From positions 7,440,001-7,504,000 of the forward strand of contig OZ234494.1 in the NCBI GenBank assembly GCA_965153455.1: a stretch of DNA of 64,000 nucleotides, in the 5' to 3' direction. Shown piece after piece: positions 53,327-64,000 of the stretch. Within the stretch, counting starts at the first letter, position 1. Every line of letters begins with the position of its first letter. Below the pieces are notes generated by a model. The model made no database searches. It was not told the DNA's origin and saw only the letters and a list, made by a program, of their open reading frames with translations. A program made the position numbers and the translations under genes. This DNA comes from Sphagnum compactum (lineage: Eukaryota).

Positions 53327-56046
53327 TTATTCATGACATCGTTTAGTACGTACATTTGTGTGATTGAGCATTGTTTCATGCCAATCTTTGAGCCGTTTGA
53401 CACTATTTCCCAATCCATCTTCTACACGGCGTAACACCAATCCTGGGTGTGAAATTGCATTTGCCTTTGTGAGGCGTATGTTACGAATATTACATGCCAA
53501 TATTCTCATGTATGAGGTGGCATGTTCACAAAGTGTCACAACGCCTTCTTTACATTCATTTGTGATCTTTTGCATTGTAGTGACCAATTGTGCAAGAGCC
53601 CTTTCCATTGGGGTTGATGACATTATTGTCTCATTAGACCCTACAATGGCACCCATAGGGAGATCATTTTGCTCCATGTTCATGAGCCCATCAAATTCCA
53701 TGATCCCATCATCACCTTCAAGATGATCATCTTCGTCATCATCACTAGACTCCATATCATCTGGAATATGTTGCGGGTCTGCAAACATGTGACCCAACCC
53801 TCCACGATGTGATCCATACCATGTTCCACAATAATGAATGATATCCTCTTGAGAAATGTCTATGCATGTGAGAATGACCTTAATTTGGTGTTTACACATG
53901 TTCGCTCGCAATGCCCATTCGCATGTGCAACAAAACATTTCGGTGAATGGGAATTTCACCGTGTAAATAACATTGGGAAGGCGCTGGCTCCGTACGGCCC
54001 AAGCTCCATCACTCTCAAGGGTTGGTTGGTACACATGGCTGATTGGAATAAGGGCTGCCTTCTCCACACTTTGTGTAATAATGGCTTCCATAACCTTGTT
54101 TTTTATGAAACCCTTCTTTTTCATTTCCAATGTGTGCATGTAGTGGCGTGCAATGGTTGTTGTTAATCGCCACACCAACCAGTCAATCCTACGCCCTCTA
54201 AGGCCTCTTGTGTCAAGAGCAAGCCAACGTTTCAACGCACCATGATATGAGTCAATGCTCGCTTGGGTGTCTTGGTTGGAATGGGCACTCTTCGAACACT
54301 CACCATCCATAATTCTACAAACATAAACACAATACACAAGGATGAATAACATTATACAAAATAAATTTGAATGCTGAACCATGATAAGTATTATCACTTA
54401 CCAAATTGATGGTAATAAGTCCAGAAATAGTTTGTCCACGCATCACCAGGCCTATGTTTATGAAGGCTTTCTCTCACAGCAACCCTCCCACGCTCTTTGA
54501 AGTCATCAATTGTTTCTCCATGATTGATGGACATGTACATCACATCATGAAGGTCTTGGAGGATTCCACCCCGCACTTCCACATCTTTGATTTTTTCAGT
54601 ACCACGTAGGCGCCATGCTTTGAGAACATGCCAACAACAAAGGTAGATGGGAACCTTGTCCATACCCCATACGACCCTAATAAGGACACATATGCAATAA
54701 AATATCCATGAGTGGATGGGGTTAGTACAACATAAAATGCATTTGAAATAATCAAGAATTTTATGAAAGATATTAAAAAAACATTTAAGGAAATAAACAC
54801 AAAGTCAATACTAGGTATAGAACTAACCGTAATGCCTTCAATTCTTGAGGTGCATCATCAACGAGAAAACATGATGGTTTCCAATGTGGCATGAGTGATA
54901 ACATCTTCTCTTTTAATGGTTTTAACCATTCGATCAAATCTTGCACTGTTTGCCTACCTGTAATGATCCAGGCTAAAGGGACACTCGTGCGATGATCATC
55001 AAATCCCATCAAGGTGAATAGATGGAATTTCATGTCATTTGTGCCAAATGTGGCATCCATAGAAATGGCACCATTGTGACCATATGATAGCATGGACTCA
55101 CATTGAGTTGGTGTTTGAATACCTATGGTGAATGGGACTTGACTTCCATTCATTTCACCAACATCTTGGAAAAAGAACACATCTTCCGGATGTTGGAGAG
55201 CCCAAGACCGAATTGAAATTGCAGGGTTAGTGTGTAAACGCCAACTCCCTTTCTTATGTTTTCGATCCAAATATGCAATGTCTTGAAGCCGAATGAAATC
55301 ATCTCGTGTCATGCTTTGACCCGCATTCACACGTTCCCACCAAATTGCTTTATGCTTGTCATATATTTGTTTGGGGGTATAACCTAAGCTTAATTGGGCC
55401 CATATGTGGTCTTACAGTGCTTGTGACATGCGTGGAGCATAACGAGACATACGAGAAATGGACTCTGGGTCATGCTCACCATGTGCGAATGACCCATCAA
55501 TTTGTGTATGGGCCTTATGATAAATTGTGATCTCAGCCACATCAGGTCGTGTGTATAGACGTTTGATTGAGAATGACGCTAGGCATCCTCGTTTAATAGA
55601 TCGAGTGTGGGTTGAATTTTTTCGATAGTCCTCTGGTCCATATGCGCATTGATACCTAGACCAAAAAACTTTCAAAATGTAAATGATTACATATTTGGTA
55701 TATGAATTAAATAAATTAAAAAGGTTAATGCCATAAATGTTTACCATGTATGCCCGAGGTGGTTTTTGATAGTTGGATGCTTGACATCCGTTTGGCTTGG
55801 AAAGTTTTTGTAAACACTCCATTCCACAGGGGTGCTCGTATCCCCTCGTTCACCTTCCAAGAATTCCGAGATGCGAGTATACAGAACATAAGCAAATTGA
55901 ATGCTCACTTTATTTTGCCCTCCATGGCGTATCCCAAACGTCCACACCAAGTCTTTGTTTGAGAAAGGGGACTTGGTGGGGTTTTGGACATGAATGGAAT
56001 GGGACTTTGGAACCCTTCCCATGATTGAAGGAAGTAGGACAAATTC
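53327..56046 (-). pseudogene. MULE (Mutator-family DDE) transposase with SWIM zinc finger, disrupted
   Basis: Exons 56046-55745, 55655-54828, 54676-54402, 54314-53327. Motifs SMDATFGTN (D1), FLVDDA (D2), LCCWH (CxxH), TQASIDSYH (expected E is D) and CTC...CKH (SWIM). In-frame TAA at 55412-55414 and an apparent 1-nt deletion near 54284. The true first exon was not located. Confidence 0.88.
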
Positions 56047-57517
56047 CTGCATCAAGAGAATTTATAATTCTCTAAACATTCATCATTGAACAAAAACCCA
56101 AAATGCAATACATTCATGGCTCCTTTAAAATCAATGTTGTGACTTGGAATTCCCATTACAACACCCATATCATGATATAAAAAACCTATTATTCCAATGT
56201 ACATAACGTACAACACTTGCATTATGAACCCATATACTAAAACAAACTTTGGCAATACCCACATTGAGCTATTAAACCTTCCATCATTGAAAATTTTCTC
56301 ATATGTAATACCCGTATTGTACCTTAAACCCATAATGTCTGAAAACCCCATGTAGCAATACCTACATAATGATAATTAATGCACACTGTTTGAAAGGTGC
56401 AAAATGCAATACCTGCCTTAAGCCATAAAACCCACACTGGTTGTGGGTAGTCAATGCATAATTCGCATATGGGTATGAAAAAAAGAACTACAAAGAAATA
56501 TTGAATATGAAATATCCATGTAAAAGTATAAAACCTTTATCTATGCTTGTATATTTAATGAAACTTGATGCCCTTTCTATATCCAACAAGTAGGAAATGA
56601 AAAGAGGTTGAATTATGAAAAATATAAACAAAAAAACAAAAGAAGTAACAAGAGACAAATGCATACCTTCAAGAATAAAAGATGACAACGTTCCACCAAA
56701 GTTTATAGTCCCAATTGAAAACGCAACCCTAAAAAATCATAACTCGTAAAAAAATGGGTTAGAAAATATTAAACCCTAGCAACTATGGAACATATGGAAA
56801 CAAAGGAAATTCAAATTATGGTATAGATCTAAACAAGTGAAAAGATCAAAAACCAATACAATGAACAAAATTTAGAGTATAAACCTTAGGTTTTGAAATA
56901 TATGAACCAAATTCTTATACACTAAATAATAAAGCATAACCTTTAAAATTCAAATGATATTTTGCCATAAGCCTTATTACAACCCTATTTATACAAACCC
57001 TAACAAGAAAAAGTCTTACTAATATATGTCCTAAACCCAAAAAACTATACAAATTATACAAATTATATAATGAAAAATACGTTAATCTACAAAAACAATC
57101 AAATAATTTTCATACAAAACCAAAAGAGAAGATATGTCTTTTACCTTTGTGTGATCTCTCCAACTTAATTTTTTCCACTCTTTTGGAAGAAGATATAGAA
57201 TGCAATTGTATTACTTCACATATGTGTAAACCCTAAAATTTTCCCCCCAAATTTAGCCTACTTTAGATTAATTACTATACATTTGTGAGAAACTTATGAA
57301 CTAATTTATGTGTCTCAACCCTAAACCTAATGGTTAAGTTAGTAGGGTATGTAATTAATAGAGTAGCTAGGTTAGTAGGGTAGGTGGTTAGTACAATAGC
57401 TAGGTCAGTAGGATAACTAGTTATTAGGGTAGCTATGTGAGTAAGGGATAATAAATAAGGTATGAAGGTTGGTGCAATACTTATGAGGGTAGGAAAGTGA
57501 GCAGGGTAGCTATTTAG

Positions 57518-57712
57518 AGTGACCCAAAATGCAGGTATTGCATTTAGGGTGGGATCTTCATATAAATAAGCCTAAATCCCACATGCGTACTTTCGACGTG
57601 ACCCAAAATGCAGGTATTGCATTTAGGGTAAGATCTTCGTATAAAGAAAGCTTAAACCTTACATGCGTCCTTTAGGAGTGACCCAAATTGCAGGTATTGC
57701 ATTTAGGGTTGG
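57518..57712. repeat. ~80-bp satellite block of the MULE (further blocks at ~52688-52805, 58640-58845, 59365-59555)
   Basis: Unit core CCCAAAATGCAGGTATTGCATTTAGGGT, starting at 57519, 57598 and 57678. Confidence 0.85.
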
Positions 57713-59594
57713 GTTATTTCAAAGTGACTTTGCATATGCATATTGTGTTTAGGGCTAGGTCTTCACTTAAGGGTATCCAAACCATTTAGATGGGGTTTTT
57801 TCAAACGTGGGTATTACATTTAGGTTTGTTTTTTCATTTCAACTTCAGACTTATACTTACCTTTACCAACTAGAATTTTGGGGTTTCGTTGCAATACCTA
57901 CACCTGTACTTACTTTTACCAACTGAATAGTTGCCGACATTCTTCATTCGTTGCAATACCCGCATATCGATCCATGGTATTCGTTGGGTTTTTATAACAT
58001 TCGTTGCAATACCCGCATATAGTTCCCATAATAGCTGCTGGTTTTTTTTGGCATCTCTTGCAATACTCGCATATAGGTCTCATAATAGTTGCTAGTTTAT
58101 TTTTGATCTCAACAAACTTTGTATCGCATTCAGGGTTGGGTTTTCACATAAAGTTTGTTAATTACATTTGTGTGATAATCCAACCTCATTTTCTCAATCT
58201 CTTTGAAGAAAATATAGAACGAGATTGTATTGTGTCACATATATCTAAACCCAAAAATTTCCCCCCAATTTAATATAAAATATTTCTGATAATTAATTTA
58301 TTATCAAATAATTTAGATGAATAATTATAAAAAATCAGATTGATTAATTTGATATTTGATTAATTAACTGAAGTATATTTTTGTTTTAATAAGTTATTGA
58401 AATCATTATTTAAGATAATTATTCCATGTTATAGATTGTAAGTTCAGCTTTTTCATGAAAAATTCCTACACCAAGATAAGTTTGATCACAATTGTCATCG
58501 TATTATTTGATCCACAAACAATACAACCTCTTTTCAAATTCATGAAACGAAGTAAGAATCATGGAACTCCTAATCAACAACACTAACCTCTATACACACC
58601 TTTGTTAGCATATTAATTTGAAATTAATTAATTATTTTTGTGTGCCCCAAAATGTAGGTATTGCATTTAGGGTAGGATCTTCATATAAAGAAGCTTAAAC
58701 CCTATATGCGTCCTTTCGGAGTGGCCCAAATTGCAGGTATTGCATTTAGGGTAGGATCTTCGTATAAAGATGCTTAAACCCCACATGTGTATTTTTTGTG
58801 TGCCCCAAAATGCAGGTATTGCATTTAGGGTGGGATCTTCATATAAACCCTAACTATACAAACCCTAACAAAAAGAAGAATTAGTGATATATGCCCTAAA
58901 CCCAAAAAACTATATAAACTATACAAATCATATAATGCAAAATAACCAAATTTAAAAGAACATAGGAAAAAATTTAGAAACCAAAATTCAAAGGTTTTTA
59001 ATTATAAATATTTATTAACTGAAAGAAAATATGTTAATCTTTAGAAATAATCAAATAAATTTCGTACAAAACCAAAAAAGAAGATATGTCTTTTACCTTT
59101 GTGTGATTTTTCCAACCTAATTTTTCCATTCTTTTTGAAGAAGGTATAAAATGCAATTGTATTACTTCACATGTGTGTAAACCCTAAAATTTTCCCCCCA
59201 AATTTAGCTTACTTTAAATTAATTATTATACATTTATGAAAAACTTATCAATTAATTTATGTGTCTCAACCCTAAACCTAATGATTAAGTTAGTAGGGTA
59301 TGTAATTAATAGAGTAGCTAGGTTAGTAGGGTAGGTGGTTAGTACAGTAGCTTGGTTAGTGATGTGACCCAAAATGCAAGTATTGCATTTAGGGTATGAT
59401 CTTCATGTAAAGATGCTAAAAGCCCACATGCGTACTTTCGAAATGGCCCAAAATGCAGGTATTGCATTTAGGGTAGGATCTTTGTATAAAGAAAGCTTGA
59501 ACCCCACATGCGTACTTTCGAAATGGCCCAAAATGCAGGTATTGCATTTAGGGTAAGGTTTTTAGGGTAGGGTATGTAATTAATAGGGTAGCTA

Positions 59595-59730
59595 GGTTAG
59601 TAGGGTAGGTGGTAAGTACAGTAGCTAGGTTAGTAGGGTAGGTGATGAGTACAGTAGCCAGGTTAGTAGGGTAGGTGGTGAGTACAGTAGCCAGGTTAGT
59701 AGGGTAGGTGGTGAGTACAGTAGCTAGGTA
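59595..59730. repeat. 33-bp subterminal tandem repeat (x4)
   Basis: GGTTAGTAGGGTAGGTG(G/A)T(G/A)AGTACAGTAGC(T/C)A repeated. Confidence 0.9.
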
Positions 59731-59909
59731 GAAAAGTGAACAGGGTAGAAAAGTGAGCAGGGTAGCTATGTGTGAGGTCAGGTCCAGGGAAAAACGAGCA
59801 AGAAAAAAAAAAAAAAAGTACAGTGGTCAGCAGCAAAAAGAAATCGACTGTGATGAGCCCCATCCGGCGCCGAATGAAAAAACGCAACCCATCCAGTGGA
59901 CAGAACGGC

Positions 59910-59946
59910 CAACTGGTGCATTGGTGGCTGTTAATTCACTCTGGCC
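59910..59946 (-). repeat. Right terminal inverted repeat of the MULE
   Basis: CAACTGGTGCATTGGTGGCTGTTAATTCACTCTGGCC followed immediately by the TSD ATTGGGTAG. Confidence 0.9.
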
Positions 59947-60511
59947 ATTGGGTAGCATCCTGAGAGGGATTTAGCATGACAACAGGTTAAAATTTTTCTT
60001 TTTCCAAGTTTGGCAATTCTGTCAGAAAAAAAAGGGGAAAAAACTAATTAAAAAAAAATGCTACAAAGCTATAAATCAAATTCCAAATGTGGCGAACAGT
60101 TTTGAAACAAATCATTTTTAGAATATTGGCGATTGTTTGACAGCAAACGGAAAATATAGTGACAGAATAATATTTCATATTTTTTTTGAAAAATTCCCAT
60201 TTTCTCGAAATTTAGCATTTCAAAAAAAAAGCTGAGATTCGCCACCTTGGCTACATCACAAAATCCTTTTTAAAAAAAAAAACAGCAGCAGCACCTGCAG
60301 GAGCCAGGGCATGGCGGAACAGCAGCCAGCAGGTCGCAATTTGATTTGCCAGATCGGGCACAGACGTGCACCTCTAAGGACGGGAACGGGAAAGTGTTTT
60401 GTTGTTTGTTTGTTAGGTGTGTGTGTGTGTGTGTGGGGGTGTGCTTTTTTCGCGGTTTTTTACATGCTGCCGCCTCCCATCGCTGCTTCGTGAGCTTCTT
60501 CCTTCCTAATA

Positions 60512-60632
60512 ATTTTTCATGGATTGCAATAAAACTCATGATTTTTCAAGGCTGCTTGCAATAAAAGTCATGATTTTTCAAGGATTGCAATGAACGCGAT
60601 GATTTCTCAAGGATTGCAGTAAAAGTCACGAT
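60512..60632. repeat. ~29-bp tandem repeat (x4) upstream of the ABCB start codon
   Basis: GATTTTTCAAGGATTGCAATAAAA(C/G)TCAT-like units. Confidence 0.8.
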
Positions 60633-60968
60633 GATTGAGGAAGAGGGGAGAAAAAAAAGTTTTTTTTTCGCATGATGGCTGTTCCTTCTTCCTTGGAGAC
60701 GCTTTTTTTCTTTTTCTTTTTGGGTTTATTAGTGCTTTGAGATTTTGGGAGTTTTAGGCGATTTGGATGGCTTGAGGTTTTTGTGGGTTTTTGTGGTGCT
60801 GCTCGTGCTCCTATAAAGATTTGGTTGTAGGAATTAGTAGTAGTAGTAGTAGTAGGGAGTTCAGGAATTGTGTGTGTGTGTGTGTTTGTGTATGTGGGTG
60901 CGAGTGTTGTTGGCTTTTTATTTTTTGCAGCAAAGGGAAGGGAAAGGAAAAGGACGGGAGGCCACTGA

Positions 60969-63900
60969 ATGGGGAAGAGGAATGGATACTTGCCGGAGAC
61001 TCCAGTGTTCAATGGCACCACCAATGTAAGAGTCGCAAGCAGGCAGCGGCGGTGGCGATTGGCGATATTCATTTCTGTCTTTTGCGTCGATCTTCTGTTT
61101 GCGCTGGTAATCCTTTGTGCAAAGTCTTCTTCTGTATAGTATTGCCTGTCCTTGTTTTGCCTTTTAGGTTTACCGTGCCCCGATGAGATTTTTTCTCAAA
61201 GCTCTGGGGTTTACATATTGCGGATACCCTATCACCTCTGGAGTAGGTATAGAGATCTGTTGTGGTTTATTTGGCTGAATTTGTTGTCTCCACAGATGTT
61301 GAGCAGGCAATGCAAATAGGGACAGTTAAGTTAGTTTTTTCAGAAGAAATTTATTTTTCAAAGAAGATTCACTCTGAGAATCCATAGGGAGGATGGAAAA
61401 TCTTGTTGGATGTGGAACGGTTGCAGCTCTTATACAGAAGATTTTTTAGTTTTTAAAAAATTTCTGAGAATCTGTAGTGAGGGTGGGAAAAAATTTCTTG
61501 CTGGATGTGGAACGGTGTTGCAGCTCTTGTACAGCACAGTGCATTTTTGGAGCGACAAGAATGATTTTTCATTGAGTGGGTTGTGGCATTCGCTGACATG
61601 CTTTACCACAGACACCTTGGATTTAGTTCTCCTGAGTCTGCTGCGGTTGGGGAGCCTTTCGGGGCTTTCCTATTATGGGAGTGTGCTTGCTTGTGTGGAA
61701 GCTGTGGACAAAGAGAAGAAGGTCAAAGGCAGCAGCAAACCACAGCACTCACAGCAGCCAACGAACAGGAACAACACTAGTAAAGTGTACTCACGTGCAG
61801 CAGGTGCCAACATCAATGGAGAGTCTCATCCTAATGGCAAATTATTGGAGAATGGAAGCCTTAAAGAACCACTGCTGTCCAAGAAGGACTCAGTAGCTGT
61901 TAAGGCTCCTGCAAGTTTCTATCAAGAGTGGTTTGCAGGATCATCAAGGAAAGATGCTGTTTTTCTTGTTGTCTTTCTTCTTTGCACTGGATTCCAGGTA
62001 CCCTCTTTGTTTCATCCTTTTCTGGCTGACTGCTCTATGTGTCAGCCCCTCTTTTGTGTTATGTATAGGAGAAGGGTAGGGCCAGAGGCTCTTCCTTGTT
62101 TTGAGGTGCCTAGGCACAAGGGTAGAAACCTGACTGACAGGCACTGAAAACAAGGATGGGCCAAGGGTCCTACCCTTCTACATCATAAAAAGGTGCCCTA
62201 ATTTTCAGAGGGTGTGAGCTTCCACCACAGAAGATTTCTTCTATTTCAGAAGATCCTTGCTGAGTTCTTGCACCTGACAATGGTCGTCTAAATACACTAC
62301 AAAAATTAGGGCAGGTTTTTACATGGTGGAGAGAGATGAAATTTGCGGCAGTTGTTGATGATGATGAACCATATGGAGGTTTTGCAGTTTATCAGATTAA
62401 TTGGTGGGCATGGGTGATATGTGGTGAACCTGTAGGCATATGTGGGGGCCAAGTGTGTCGGGTTTTCTTTTGACACTCTGCATAGACTGTTCAACGTGCG
62501 GCTTGAAATATGGCAAAGCATTTTGATGGGCACCACAGTTCTGTGGATAAATGCAGAAAGCTCCATGTTGACGCGTGTTGTGGACTCCAACCGTGTGCTG
62601 AGTCGTGCCCATTTTCTCAATGCCAAGCACACAGCCCAGGACCTTGAAGGTTCTCGAATTATTATTGGAGCTATCAAGTAGGAAATGCTTCCTGTGATGG
62701 ATCTAAAATGCTCATTAATCAGCTTGCAATTTTTTTTACAGCTGCAATGCTGCTATATTGGGTAAGTGCAGAATTGCTCTTCATTTTAGTAGGTAACAGT
62801 CAAATGGGCAACTTATAATTTGGGAGGGTGTAATGGTTTTCAGCAATGTGAATTCTGTGGAAGCTGAGGAAGGGACTTTGAGAGGCGACAAGGGAGTAAG
62901 AGAGGAGCAAGAGGTGGACCAGACTAGTTACTTGATGCGGGCAGTGTCTCTAGCTCGGAATGAATGCCTTCTGCTGTCCTGTGCTTTTTTCTGCCTTATG
63001 GTGTCATCTGTTTCCAGCTTGATCCTGCCAAATTATCAGGTTTTTCTCACTCTCACTTGACTGCTCTTATTTTCATTTGTGTTAGAAGAAATTTATGTCC
63101 AATGTATGTACCCATGTGAGAGTTCTCTTGTAATTTGCTGGTGCCAAAAGAGGAAACTCAAGCTATTGTTAGTGCTCACAGCATTGTGTTTAATTTCTTT
63201 CACAGGGTCGAATATTGGATCACGTGATTCAAGGAGCAGTAGCTCTGTTCAGGAGGGATGTGATATTGTTGATAGTCTTTAGCTTGGTGACCGGCCTTTT
63301 TGAGGCAGTTCGAAATCTATCCTTCACAGTGGTGAGCAAGCGTGTGTTAAAGACTCTGCAGGACAAGCTTTTCACAGGCATTGTGATACAAGACATTGCT
63401 TATTTTGATGGCACTACATCTGGAGAGGTCAGCAGTCAAGCTTTCAGTTTTTGAGTTTATTACATGAGATGGATAACCTTATCAAGCCCTGGTGTTGAAA
63501 CAATTGAAGGAGGTGTCATTTCCACTTTGGGGATTCTTTTTGTTTTACTCATGTTATTTTGGTGGCAGAGACATAAAAGGACTTGCTCATGAGGTGTAGG
63601 TTCCGTTGACATGAGAGTAAGAGTATACTTTGGTGAAACCTGATTATATTTATTTTGTGCACTATGAACAGCTGACCTCAAGGCTCACCAACGATGTGTC
63701 CTCAATGGCTGAGCCTGTGAACTGGATGCTTTCAGCACTTTTGCGAAATTTGCTCGCACTTGGCGGTGGATTTGCAATGTGCTTCATCATAAGCTGGAAG
63801 CTTAGCATGCTTGCTTTCACTACCATGGCTCCCATTATGCATATAACGGCTGTGTACTCTCGGTGGTCTAGGGAGCTTAATCGCAAGCGATATGCTTTGC

Positions 63901-64000
63901 TGGCAGAAGCAAACTCCTCTGCTGCAGAAGCTCTAGGAAACATAAGAACAGTGCGTGCCTTTTCCACTGAGGATGTGGAGATCGATCGATTCAAGTCAAA
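60969..64000 (+). CDS. ABC transporter subfamily B half-transporter (TAP/TAPL-like), 5' part; runs off the window
   Basis: Exons 60969-61025 and 61168-61242 (tentative), then 61524-61997, 62436-62677, 62844-63039, 63206-63427 and 63672-end; phase-consistent. ABC_membrane motifs LILPNYQGRILD, LFTGIVIQDIAYFDGTTSGELTSRLTND, ISWKLSMLAF and AAEALGNIRTVRAFSTE. Confidence 0.88.

Larger units (their letters stand above)
46540..59946 (-). mobile_element. 13.4-kb Mutator-like element (MULE) with a captured gene fragment
   Basis: 37-bp TIRs at 46540-46576 and 59910-59946 (3 mismatches); perfect 9-bp TSD ATTGGGTAG at 46531-46539 and 59947-59955; internal MULE/SWIM transposase pseudogene. Confidence 0.9.

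Noticed and set aside
50960-59560. Regularly spaced palindromic repeats resembling a CRISPR array
   Set aside because: The intervening sequences are copies of each other rather than unique spacers, there are no cas genes, and the context is eukaryotic.

Overview
Eukaryotic, intron-rich land-plant DNA, AT-rich and repeat-rich; the style resembles a moss such as Sphagnum, which is my inference only. There are three host genes: a class I LOB-domain transcription factor (+, 19960-21174), an 11-coding-exon peroxisomal NAD carrier, PXN-like (-, 27485-32489), and the 5' part of a TAP-like ABCB half-transporter (+, from 60969, running off the window). Around them lie decayed transposon debris (hAT, L1-type LINE) and a clean Tourist-like MITE. 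The main feature is a 13.4-kb Mutator-like element at 46540-59946, with 37-bp terminal inverted repeats and a perfect 9-bp target-site duplication (ATTGGGTAG). It contains: (i) a decayed DDE/SWIM transposase resembling, from recall, the domesticated At4g13970/At1g60560 family; (ii) a captured GH3 beta-xylosidase fragment with introns and an open frame; (iii) the last exon of a convergent unknown ORF; (iv) a degenerate telomere-repeat array and several ~80-bp palindromic satellite blocks. All coordinates and alignments were read by eye; no searches were run.
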